A stretch of 64,000 nt of DNA. Origin: Anaerolineales bacterium. GTDB lineage: Bacteria; Chloroflexota; Anaerolineae; Anaerolineales; E44-bin32. Shown piece after piece: positions 18,877-28,400 of the stretch. The stretch's first letter is position 1. The number at the start of each line of letters is the position of its first letter. The stretch covers positions 254-64,253 of the forward strand of contig DAOUDJ010000116.1 of the NCBI GenBank assembly GCA_034430795.1, written 5' to 3'. Position numbers and translations under genes: made by a program. The notes under the pieces were generated by a model, which worked only from the letters and a program-made list of their open reading frames with translations, was not told the DNA's origin and did no database searches.

Positions 18877-19992
18877 TCACGTTACTCGGCGCTTAATGGT
18901 TCGCAGCCAAACCAGTAAAGGACGAAGTGGCCACGTCGCTGCCCAGCGTTCTGGTGAGTAGAGTCTATACAATAGTACCAAGGCCACCACAAAGACCGCG
19001 TTGGGCCAATAAAGCACGGCCATCCAGCAAGCGAGGTAGAGCGGCACCACCACTGAAGGTAGAGAGTGGTGAATAATCTGTAAGGTGTCGTGCACCCTCT
19101 TCTGACGTTCCGGTTTGTAGGGATCTTGGAGCGGTAGACGCCCCTGACGCTGTGCACGCCAGGAGCAGCCAACCGTCTGGAAAAAGAGCCATGCGTAAGC
19201 TAGGGCTAGAGGCCAAGCTGGGGATACCTGCCAATTCAGTAGTGGTATGATCACCCGCGGCAGATCCAATAACAGTACGATCATTATCCCACTCAACGCC
19301 AGACGTTCGAATTCCAAACTGATAGCATAGGTCGTCTTGATAGTGTCGTAACCGTGACGCACCGCAAAGGTGCCGGTGTCGGTGCTGGTATCCTGGGACC
19401 AATCACGCATCTGGTGACCCACGTCTGAAGAAACACCTCGGGCTGTAGAATACAGGACAAATACCAAAGCAGACCAACTAACCAGTTCTCCGAAAGCAGC
19501 GAATATGAGGGCGGTGGGCAAAGTCTGCTGAGCAGCGATGGTCGCCGTCAGGCCGATCAATCCCCTCTCTTTGAGCCGCAGCGGCGGCATTGAGTAGAAC
19601 GTCGCTGCCAGAATCCACAGCAGCCAGAGTGGCACAAATCCGGGACGGTTCAAAAAAGGTAGTGCAAACAGCGAGCCGATGACCATGAAAGCCAGGACAA
19701 TAAAGACTGCCTTTCTTTTACTCCTACTCAGGAAGACGTTGGACTTGCCGTGGCACCGGTCGAGTTCGACATCGGCCAGGTCGTTGATCAGGTAGCCATA
19801 GCCAGTCATGATTGTACTGAACAATATAAAAAATCCCACCTGACCGAGGAATTTAAGGTTGAACAGTTGATCGGTGAGTGCAATGTAGAACAGCGCAGCT
19901 ATGTTTAGCCAGAACGAATTATAGCGTAGGATACCCCAGTTACGCCAAGCAAGGAGCGCCAAAATATTTTTCAACATGACAATGAATTTCAC
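18877..19992 (-). CDS. UbiA-family intramembrane prenyltransferase
   Basis: Asp-rich motif 1 GYLINDLADVELD, YSMPPLRLKERG, motif 2 HQMRDWSQDTSTDTGTFAVRHG and multiple TM segments. Confidence 0.85.
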   Translation of the reverse strand: MKFIVMLKNILALLAWRNWGILRYNSFWLNIAALFYIALTDQLFNLKFLGQVGFFILFSTIMTGYGYLINDLADVELDRCHGKSNVFLSRSKRKAVFIVLAFMVIGSLFALPFLNRPGFVPLWLLWILAATFYSMPPLRLKERGLIGLTATIAAQQTLPTALIFAAFGELVSWSALVFVLYSTARGVSSDVGHQMRDWSQDTSTDTGTFAVRHGYDTIKTTYAISLEFERLALSGIMIVLLLDLPRVIIPLLNWQVSPAWPLALAYAWLFFQTVGCSWRAQRQGRLPLQDPYKPERQKRVHDTLQIIHHSLPSVVVPLYLACWMAVLYWPNAVFVVALVLLYRLYSPERWAATWPLRPLLVWLRTIKRRVT

Positions 19993-20349
19993 CTCAAGAT
20001 AAAGAAGCCAATTCTAGTTTTTTAATTTCGAACCGCGCTGGTCAGAGTTGCTGTCCCCCTGCTAGAATGCTACTTTAAATCACGTCACTTAACTTGAGCA
20101 CAGCTCAGTCTACAATGAATCTTAATATCCAACTCAATCCACTATTTATCACTTACCTTTTTTCCCTTGGACAGACTAAACATCATCAACTATTAAGGCG
20201 TCTGATGCTGATTGAGCCCCCTTTTCAGGCTATAACGAATGGCATGTTGGGAGAAATGGCATCCCCACTATGTCAGGTGGTGCGATAGTTCTCGACAACC
20301 AGGAGTAAGAACGTAACGGTCGGTATAGATACAGGTTGTATAACAATGC

Positions 20350-21712
20350 TCCTAGCACAAAGTAGCAGTGTCCCCTTTAACCAAAGTTAAAATGTCCCCT
20401 TGGTGGTGAATGCCCAACCACCTGAGGGACAGGTAAAAGTTAGTGACAAACTAACTATGAGCGCAGCAGAACTTACACGTCTTGAAATCATGCATCGACT
20501 TGAAAACAAAAGGCTCTCACAAAAAACGGCTGCCGAAATACTTGGTCTCAGTGTGCGGCAGATCAAACGCATCTGGCGCGCCTATCGTCGACACGGCGCG
20601 GCTGGGCTTGTCTCGAAGAAACGAGGGAAACCAAGCAACAATCGTCTAAAGCCGGGAATCAGACAGCAAGCCTTAGACCTACTCTACAGGCATTATTATG
20701 ACTTTGGCCCGACACTGGCCCACGAAAAACTTACGGAACGCCACCATCTCAAACTCGCCATTGAGACGGTTCGTAAGCTGATGATTGCTGAAGGGCTGTG
20801 GAAACATAAGAAATCCAAGAAAGTGATTGAACACCCGATGCGAGAACGTCGAGCCGGTTTTGGGGATCTCGTTCAGATCAATGGATCGTCTCATGATTGG
20901 TTTGAAGGGCGTTCACCAGCTTTCACGTTACCATTTTTATCAACGACGCAACCGGGCGTCTGATGGAGCTTTTCATTACCCCCGTAAACCTATAGCTATT
21001 GGGCCGCCATGCGGCGTTATTTTCTCTATAGCAAACCCAGTGTCCTCTACAGCGACAAAAGCAGCATTTTCAGGGTCAATTGGGCTAACACAGTTTGGGC
21101 GATCCATGAAAGAGCTGGGGGTTGAGGTTATCTGTGCCAATACCCCGCGGGCAAAAGGAAGAGTTGAAAATGTGAATGGCACGCTGTAGGATCGATTGGT
21201 CAAGGAGATGAGACTGGCCGGGATCTCAGTGATAGAAGAGGCTAATCCATGGTTGCCAACCTTCATGGCCGATTTCAATACTCGCTTCGATGTCGTACCC
21301 CACAGCTCGCATGACGCTCATCGCCCCTTGCTCTCAACCGATGATTTAGACCGTCGTTTCACCTGGCAGGAAACCCGCACTTTGAGTAAAAACCTCACAT
21401 TAAAATTCAAGAAAGTGATCTACCGAATCCAATCCAAACGCCCGACCTATGCTATGCGCAATGTGGCGGTTACGGTCTGTGAAAATGAAAGGGGGAATAT
21501 TGAAATCCTGTACCGAGACCATTCCTTGCCTATACAGCATCTACCACAAACAAGCACGAAAAGCGGAGGAGGTTACACGCAAGTCCCTGGATAAAGCATT
21601 GAAGAAGGTCTGGAAGCCGCCTGCGAATCATCCATGGCGAAATTACGGAAGCGCCAACCCCAGAAAGGAGGTTGACTCTGTCACTGCGTGACATTTCTAC
21701 TTTGGGTTGACA
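20350..21712 (+). mobile_element. ISNCY / IS1202-like insertion sequence, degenerate
   Basis: Right end ...GTGACATTTCTACTTTGGGTTGACA (21712). The left end has two copies of a CAAAGT..AATGTCC-like motif. Flanking direct repeats at 20334-20350 and 21713-21729 match 15/17. Confidence 0.8.
20457..21691 (+). pseudogene. ISNCY transposase pseudogene
   Basis: HTH MSAAELTRL...LGLSVRQIKR, YYDFGPTLAHEKL, VQINGSSHDWFE (catalytic D replaced by N) and PRAKGRVENVNGTL*DRLVKE. Split over four ORF pieces. Confidence 0.85.
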
Positions 21713-23277
21713 GGTTGTAAAACAATACTGTAAGAACTGCTGGCCGGTAGATCTAAATCAAGAAGGATGGGAGTACCTGCTAGGTCAACAGTAGTGATTG
21801 GGTCGGGTCCCTTGAGGTTATCGTAAACTTGCACATGGGCAGCACTCGCCGGGAAATTGATAATCTCAAGTCGCAATGTATCTTGTGGTTCAGTTGTCGG
21901 GTTCGTCACCCAGATAGCCAGCAGGGGATTCCCTTTTACGCTTAAACCGCGTCCTGCCAACAGGACGAGCGGTTCTTTTTCTTGTACTGACACCAGTTCA
22001 GTTTCACCAAAGTAACCATAAAAGTTAGTATAAACCCAATAGGCAGGTTTAATTTCCCAATCTTCTCGCCAATCGTAAAAGAGCCCCAGTTGATTATAAC
22101 CCTCGTGTGTGCCAGGAAATTCAGAGAAAGGAAATTGTAGCGGGTTAATGCCGGCAGCCCAGATTTGCGGAAGAGTAACCGCATGCCACAAGGCACCTTG
22201 TGTGCCGTTGCTCCATACCTGCGTGTTGCCATACTCGTTGAGGTAAACTGGTTTCCCATAGGTAGCCAGACGTTGCCCCCGGGCCAAGCCATCACTGAAG
22301 TCTTCCCCCGATACATACCGGTGATAGGTTAAGCCGTCGAGAAGTGTATGTCCAGCATATTCATTCATCAGGATTTCGACCAGTGCTGTGCTGCAGCACT
22401 CCGCCACACCAACGACATGAATATCCGGATCGACTTCCATCGCAACTTCATCAGCGGTGCGCATCACGTTCACCAGATCATCCATTTGCCAGTTTTCCCA
22501 GAAGCAAGGCACATTGGGGTCTTGACCACAACGTAAATCAGGTTCATTCACCGGTTCCAGGATCACGCGTTCTGGAGGGTAGCCTACTTCGTCAATCACG
22601 AAGGTTAATAGCGCAAGTAAATATTCTCGATATTCAGCCATGTCACGAGGCGGATAGGTTGAGTAGAGACCCTGGTCTCCGTTGGAGCTCAGCCAACCAG
22701 CCAGATAGGGGACGTGGATCATGACGCTGACATCCTGGTCGCGTAACGTTTCCAGCCACCTTCCGAAGGTAACGGTTCGCCCGAACCAAGGTAAAGGCTG
22801 ATCAAATAAAAAACCTTGGCGGTTGATGTGGTTAGGATTGGTGTCGTCATTCTGGGGCTCAAGCATGCCCTGTATTGCGGGTAAACGCACAACAGTCGGT
22901 CCAAGTTCAGCATAGCGGGTGCGCCACATTTCAGCGTCTTGGTCGGACCAATACCCGTTTGTACCAAAACTAGCAGGACTCTGGCTGATCATGCTTTGAT
23001 AATCTACCTCAATAGTAACAGGAGTTAAATATTCTACACTTTCCTCTATGTGAGTTGAAGTACTCGCCAGCTGTGGTCCATCATCAAGAGTGGGGGTCGA
23101 TTTGCTATTATCAGTATCGACAGTAGCAATCAGCATAGGTGTCTCGGCACTAATTAATTCAGTTTGGCAGGCAATCGAGATATGAACCAAAATGAGGTTA
23201 ACCATCAAGATTAGAATGATAAACGGTCGTTTTAATCCCTTAACTATTTGGTTGTTCTTAGCCATGGCAATATACAA
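21697..23277 (-). CDS. Exported or membrane-anchored glycoside hydrolase-like protein (clan GH-A-like TIM barrel plus beta-sandwich)
   Basis: N-terminal hydrophobic signal ending ISIAC, Thr-rich linker, EPVNEPD (acid/base-like), YLNEYG (nucleophile-like) and IKPAYWVY. The stop codon lies inside the IS right end. Confidence 0.65.
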   Translation of the reverse strand: MYIAMAKNNQIVKGLKRPFIILILMVNLILVHISIACQTELISAETPMLIATVDTDNSKSTPTLDDGPQLASTSTHIEESVEYLTPVTIEVDYQSMISQSPASFGTNGYWSDQDAEMWRTRYAELGPTVVRLPAIQGMLEPQNDDTNPNHINRQGFLFDQPLPWFGRTVTFGRWLETLRDQDVSVMIHVPYLAGWLSSNGDQGLYSTYPPRDMAEYREYLLALLTFVIDEVGYPPERVILEPVNEPDLRCGQDPNVPCFWENWQMDDLVNVMRTADEVAMEVDPDIHVVGVAECCSTALVEILMNEYAGHTLLDGLTYHRYVSGEDFSDGLARGQRLATYGKPVYLNEYGNTQVWSNGTQGALWHAVTLPQIWAAGINPLQFPFSEFPGTHEGYNQLGLFYDWREDWEIKPAYWVYTNFYGYFGETELVSVQEKEPLVLLAGRGLSVKGNPLLAIWVTNPTTEPQDTLRLEIINFPASAAHVQVYDNLKGPDPITTVDLAGTPILLDLDLPASSSYSIVLQPVNPK

Positions 23278-23560
23278 TCCCTAGCGCGATACAGTCCGAA
23301 CACGGCTCCTTTCAAATTCGAGAGCTCTATTTCCGCCCACACGCCGAACGTCGCTCACCACGGTGCAGTTCGTTAGAGATTCAGCCCCCCATCAGCCAAG
23401 CTCTAACGAAAAGAATGGCATGATCAAAGATTGCTAACAAACCTGGTCTGAGCAGCAGCAAGGGTCATGAGCGCCTACATCATCAGCACCAAGATTGAGA
23501 CAGTGAAACCTCCGGTTCGTTTCATGACCCACACTCTATCATAGGATTCCACTACGCAGA

Positions 23561-24685
23561 TTACCATAAGGTTTCTCGCTGAGAAACGCGGAGGGGTGGT
23601 GCCCAAGATCCTTCAACAAATCCCAGAGCCCAAACATAAAACCCAAACAGGAGTGGCAACAGCACTAGAGGGTGTTGTCTTAATACATCTGGTTGATGCC
23701 TCATAAAGACTCTTATTGTCCGCAACCACTTGACCAACGGTAACAATGGGGCTGCTAGCAAGGCTAATACCCGCGAGCGTGCTAAGATAATGCCCTCGTC
23801 ACCAGTCAACTTAATCACCCGGGCCGTGATACGCCCGATTCGGCGTTGATGTTGGTTGTAGGCGTACCAAGTGGAGCGATGGTAATGCCTTACACGAATA
23901 GCTGGATCGAACCAAATGCGCACGCCGTGCTGCGATAGTCTCCAATGGTAAAGCAGATCCTCCTGGGGGTAAAATCGAGTGGGAAAACCACCAAAGTGGG
24001 TGAATATGGATCGATGGTATGAGATATTGCAGGTTGGCACGTGGTCCACTAGACGAGCGCACCCAATCGGCAACCACTCACGGAACTCCCCAAGATACCC
24101 GGCCCAAGCAATGAGGCTCTCTGGGTTACCGTTCTGTATCGTCCCACCAACAACCTGGTGACCTTCCCGCTGCGCTGCCACCATGCGTTTTAACCAATCA
24201 GGTGGTGCAATGCAATCGGCATCAATGCATGCAATGATTTCTCCTGCAGCTTGAACGATTCCCAGATTGCGTGCTGTGCCTGGGTCGGTTCGCTCATCTC
24301 GATGGACCAAACACACGCCAGGGAACTCCTCGGCGATAATGCGCGGGGTCGCGTCAGATGAACTATCCACAACGATAATCTCGAAGGGATCATCGATCTC
24401 TTGAGCTTGGAGAGAGGTTAGCGTATCCCGGATAGTACTGGCAGCATTGTAAGCCGGGATCAACACCGTCACTTCGGCCGAGCGTTGACCATTGACTCGA
24501 TCTGATGTTTTCTCCCTCACGTCCAGAGTAGGAAAAACATTTTTTGCAACCTGTTCTATTTCGCTGTGGCAATATGGACACAGGAGGCGCGGGGTGAGAA
24601 ATCGTTCCCCACAGTTGGTGCATTGCAAACCAGTTAGCCTGTAACGCTTCTTGTTGAAACGCCAAAAACGTGGGGCCGACATCAT
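23561..24685 (-). CDS. GT2 glycosyltransferase with an N-terminal DUF35-like Zn ribbon
   Basis: PRFWR...RYRLTGLQCTNCG...PRLLCPYC, then VLIPAYN, VVDSS, GPARNLG-like GTARNLG, IDADC, QEDLLY and C-terminal TM segments. Confidence 0.85.
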   Translation of the reverse strand: MMSAPRFWRFNKKRYRLTGLQCTNCGERFLTPRLLCPYCHSEIEQVAKNVFPTLDVREKTSDRVNGQRSAEVTVLIPAYNAASTIRDTLTSLQAQEIDDPFEIIVVDSSSDATPRIIAEEFPGVCLVHRDERTDPGTARNLGIVQAAGEIIACIDADCIAPPDWLKRMVAAQREGHQVVGGTIQNGNPESLIAWAGYLGEFREWLPIGCARLVDHVPTCNISYHRSIFTHFGGFPTRFYPQEDLLYHWRLSQHGVRIWFDPAIRVRHYHRSTWYAYNQHQRRIGRITARVIKLTGDEGIILARSRVLALLAAPLLPLVKWLRTIRVFMRHQPDVLRQHPLVLLPLLFGFYVWALGFVEGSWAPPLRVSQRETLW

Positions 24686-24870
24686 GAACCTCCCTTCAAG
24701 TATGGCATCATTTTTCTGAAAGAATTAGAGTTAATTCTTCAGGGCAGGTGTGTCCACTTAGGAATTACACAAAATAGACAAAAGGTGACCATGTCCTTCC
24801 AGAAAGATTCGATCATACTAACTAACAGAATGAAATGAATAGATTGTTACGCACAACCTTCGCATATTAC

Positions 24871-25863
24871 CTACCTAGGCGGTTTTGAATTCCGCAACCA
24901 TTCCTGCGTCCGCTGCAGTCCTTGTTCAAGACTTACGCGAGGTTGATATCCTAATTCTTTACGCGCTCGAGCGTGGCTGAATCCCCGATCAACCGTGAGA
25001 GTAGCAACCGCATCCATGGTGACGGGAGGGCGCCTACTCATCATTCCCCACATACGTTCCATACACCCCGCCACCACTTTCGCGATTTCCGTCGGTACAT
25101 AAATAGGTCCAGGACCATTCTTCCCGAGTATTCCATATGCCGCTGTCAGAACATCGCGCATCAAATATGGGCGCTGACCCGATAGAATGTAGACCTGTCC
25201 AACGGTTCCACCTTCCCAGGCTAGCACAATACCAGAGACTATGTCATCTACATATACTAGATCCACATGGTTGCGACCATTACCTACTGGCAGAAACCAC
25301 CCACGAGCCAAGCGATCTAACAGTTGAGTCACCATACCCGTTTGGTCGCCAGGACCATATGTGATAACCGGGCGGACCACCAATGCTTGTACTTTTCCAG
25401 AATGTGCTGCTGCAAGTACATCCTGCTCAGCCAGCGTCTTTGTCCGATGGTAGACAACCTGGCTTGAAGCCTCAACGTATGGGAAAGTTTCATCCGCATT
25501 TAAATTGCCCGGCTGGCGGGCAACTCCCACCGAACTGCAGTATACAAAGCGCTTCACGCCAACCTTAAAGGCCGCTTCCAGCAGGTGTCCAGTCCCTTCG
25601 ACATTCACCTGCAGGAAAGTAGAGTCTGGAGTACCCCACTCATCACGCTGGGCTGCCAGATGGAAGATATCGGTCATACCTGTTACAGCCCTCTGTACCG
25701 ACTCAGGATCCGTAATGTCCCCCAGCGTTAGTTCAATGCCGTTTTCAGACAGGGACGGACTAAGACGGCGTACCAAGGCTCGGACGTTGTGTCCCCGCGA
25801 CACCAATTGGCGGGATAAATACCCACCAATGAAACCGGTGGCGCCAGTGACCAAGATCCTCAT
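24871..25863 (-). CDS. NAD-dependent epimerase/dehydratase (extended SDR, HpnA/dihydroflavonol reductase-like)
   Basis: ILVTGATGFIGG, IFHLAA, NVEGT, YCSS, YHRTK (YxxxK) and RPVITYGPGD. Confidence 0.9.
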   Translation of the reverse strand: MRILVTGATGFIGGYLSRQLVSRGHNVRALVRRLSPSLSENGIELTLGDITDPESVQRAVTGMTDIFHLAAQRDEWGTPDSTFLQVNVEGTGHLLEAAFKVGVKRFVYCSSVGVARQPGNLNADETFPYVEASSQVVYHRTKTLAEQDVLAAAHSGKVQALVVRPVITYGPGDQTGMVTQLLDRLARGWFLPVGNGRNHVDLVYVDDIVSGIVLAWEGGTVGQVYILSGQRPYLMRDVLTAAYGILGKNGPGPIYVPTEIAKVVAGCMERMWGMMSRRPPVTMDAVATLTVDRGFSHARARKELGYQPRVSLEQGLQRTQEWLRNSKPPR

Positions 25864-26981
25864 CTTTCCAACTCTTCAGCTAGCTGCGAATTTTGCCTGG
25901 GCTGTAGTTTGCTGTTAAGGAGGGATAGACCCACGCGGCCTAAGGATGGATAATGGCAAAGCATGTTAGTGTAAGAGGCGTTTGCAAGCGGACAGTAGCA
26001 TTCTTTATTATAAATGCTATGCCGAATTCGATCTGCTTCCGGGCTAAACCAAACTTCCTCGAAGTCGTAATCCGCATCCCTCAGGTTGAGCATAGTGTCA
26101 GCGCGGATACAGCAAGGCCACACATCACCATTGGCATAGATCTGGGCGGACACCCAACCTGCATAGCAAGGAATGACCTGGGTTTGTTCTACAAGGATAC
26201 GCTTGACCAATTCGTAGTATTGAAGTCGAAATGCTCTGGTGATCTGCGAGATGTCTCCGAAGGTCTGCTGATCCAAACGGGTGATAAGCATATCGATAGC
26301 TTGCTGGTACTCGTCAGCCGATGGCGTGATGTCGAGCCCCACCGTATCCAGTTCAATACGCTCCTCGGCGATCTCAGTGATGTATGAATCAGGCTCTAAA
26401 GCCAAGGCATAATCATACACTTGCTCGATGTTGTGCACGTTATATTTAGAGATGACCGTGTGAATTCCAACTGCCAAGTTTGGGAAATTAAGTTCACGTA
26501 GGGCATGATATGTTCTTTCGAATTTTGCAAAGTTTCCCGGAATCCCGCGGATGTCGTCGTGTTGTTCTCCTACCCCATCTAAAGATAGATTTATGATGAT
26601 CTGCGATTCGGGGCAGGTCTCTGCGATTGCAGAGACCTGCTCAGGAATTACTCGATCCAATAGGCTATTATGGGGAATATTTATGATACCAGGTCGGCAG
26701 TGCTGATAGAGAAGCTGAGCTAGCTCAACAATCTTAGGAAAAAGGAATGGTTCTCCCCCACTGATGGTAACCCAGAATGGTGCTCGACCTAAAGATTGGA
26801 AGACCATTTCCCATTCTTCCAATGCTAGCTCATCAGCACGTTTCTTCCAAATGTTACACGTCAGGCATCTGGAATTGCAACGAGGCGATGGGGTAATTGT
26901 GAGGTTCAGAGGGAGCAAACGTGGCCAACCGAATCTGCGGAACATCTGATACTGAGGTATCCTGGTTAAAATCTCAAGCAT
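25860..26981 (-). CDS. Radical SAM protein with SPASM/twitch-type C-terminus
   Basis: CNSRCLTC motif, ISGGEPF, LSLDG, and CYAG...WPCC...CYCP. Confidence 0.9.
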   Translation of the reverse strand: MLEILTRIPQYQMFRRFGWPRLLPLNLTITPSPRCNSRCLTCNIWKKRADELALEEWEMVFQSLGRAPFWVTISGGEPFLFPKIVELAQLLYQHCRPGIINIPHNSLLDRVIPEQVSAIAETCPESQIIINLSLDGVGEQHDDIRGIPGNFAKFERTYHALRELNFPNLAVGIHTVISKYNVHNIEQVYDYALALEPDSYITEIAEERIELDTVGLDITPSADEYQQAIDMLITRLDQQTFGDISQITRAFRLQYYELVKRILVEQTQVIPCYAGWVSAQIYANGDVWPCCIRADTMLNLRDADYDFEEVWFSPEADRIRHSIYNKECYCPLANASYTNMLCHYPSLGRVGLSLLNSKLQPRQNSQLAEELER

Positions 26982-27038
26982 GAATATCTCACTTCTTCAC
27001 GGCAAACAAATTGGGCGAAAGACACCTTGAAGTAACCC

Positions 27039-27929
27039 TTAATCAACGTCTGTTAGTTCCTTGGTGGTTTCCACAACCGACCAGGCGAACGGCTTTCGTT
27101 TCCAGATCTTATAATCGTACGTCCCCAATAGCCTGGCCAGTATCTCAAGGGCTACGATTCCCGGCCCGTAGATGAAATACCGCCAGTCAAGTTTCACGCT
27201 TTTAATGAACATTGAGGCGACGCGTAGTCCGTTCATTGTTGAAACTCTGTATCCTACCAGGGTCTGGACGTATAAGTGTCCAGCATAAATCCGTCGGCGT
27301 TGTTTGAGGTAATCGCGGACAGTTTCGGGGCCTTTATTCCGGACGATGGCGTCAGGGGCATAATGAAGCCGAAGTCCTTGGCCGATTATCAGGGGCTCGA
27401 TGCTGGCTTCATCGACGGCTGAGTCGTAGGGAATCTGACGAAAGATGTTTCGAAAGGCGATCAGTTCTCCCATTTTGGGATGACGCAGCGATACCAGGTG
27501 GTGCAACTCCCAGAGGAGGTGTGCGCCATATCCCATAAAAGTTGTGGTAGGGTTTATAGGCACGGGATGACCGCCTACCATACCGACCTGAGGATCGGCA
27601 AAGGGGGCTACTAGCGCCTCAATTGTACTCGGTGTCGGCAGGGTATCGGCATTGTGTAGAACGTACACCTCGTGGTTGATATTCTTTTTCAACAGATTAA
27701 TGGCAGATGCCTTGCCCTTTCGCTGTCTCTGGATCGTCAGCCGGACCCGGCTGTCCTTAGCGGCATATTCGTTAACAATCTCTTCGGTCCTGTCCGTACA
27801 ACCGCTCGCGACAACGTGGATTTCTTCTATGTTCACCGTTTTCGTTACCTGAGCAAGCAGCCCGTCGAGCACTCGGCTTATGTTAGCTTCTTCATTGTGG
27901 GCCATAACGGCAACGCAACAATTAATCAT
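27039..27929 (-). CDS. GT2 glycosyltransferase
   Basis: VMAHNEEANI, ASGCTDRT, GKASAIN, HNADT, VDEA and QRRRI (QxxRW-like). Confidence 0.88.
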   Translation of the reverse strand: MINCCVAVMAHNEEANISRVLDGLLAQVTKTVNIEEIHVVASGCTDRTEEIVNEYAAKDSRVRLTIQRQRKGKASAINLLKKNINHEVYVLHNADTLPTPSTIEALVAPFADPQVGMVGGHPVPINPTTTFMGYGAHLLWELHHLVSLRHPKMGELIAFRNIFRQIPYDSAVDEASIEPLIIGQGLRLHYAPDAIVRNKGPETVRDYLKQRRRIYAGHLYVQTLVGYRVSTMNGLRVASMFIKSVKLDWRYFIYGPGIVALEILARLLGTYDYKIWKRKPFAWSVVETTKELTDVD

Positions 27930-28400
27930 AATTCATCCTCTCTTCAAGTTCAGAACCTCTTTCGAGCCAATTGTTTCGTGTTTTCGAATTGTATTAAATT
28001 GGATGATTAGTCGAACTAGCGAAACGGCACGGTGCAGGTAAAACCTTGACTTTTTCAACATTAATATAAGTAATGTTAGCGAACTCGGAGAATGATAAGT
28101 TAATTCTTCTCAAGCCATTGCAAGCCCCTTAGCTCGATCTGGTTGTTGTCATGTCAATATTTGGAAGGAAATGTTATTGATATCTAATTTCGATAGATCT
28201 GTTTTGGAAACCAATCCTGAAGAGGTTCAATTCGCTCTGGTTGAGTATTGATAAAAATATCGGTTCAAGGGGAAAGGCAAGATACTCCATAGGAGGTTGT
28301 ACAGGTCAAGATTGTTAGCATTTCCGGGGAAGCCATATTCAAGGAGGTCAAATTGTAACGCAGGATTCTTCAGTTCCTTAGAGAACACTTCACCCCGGAG

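Noticed and set aside
18877-19992. Calling the module archaeal-type ether lipid synthesis or C50 carotenoid synthesis outright
   Set aside because: No GGGP synthase, G1P dehydrogenase or phytoene synthase is in the window, and the UbiA subfamily cannot be resolved by eye. Kept only as hypotheses.
3101-21691. Several in-frame TAG stops in conserved transposase positions, suggesting amber recoding (pyrrolysine or alternative code)
   Set aside because: The same genes also carry frameshifts, deletions and a catalytic D-to-N change. Intact genes end normally in TAG (37082, 33074). Ordinary decay explains it.
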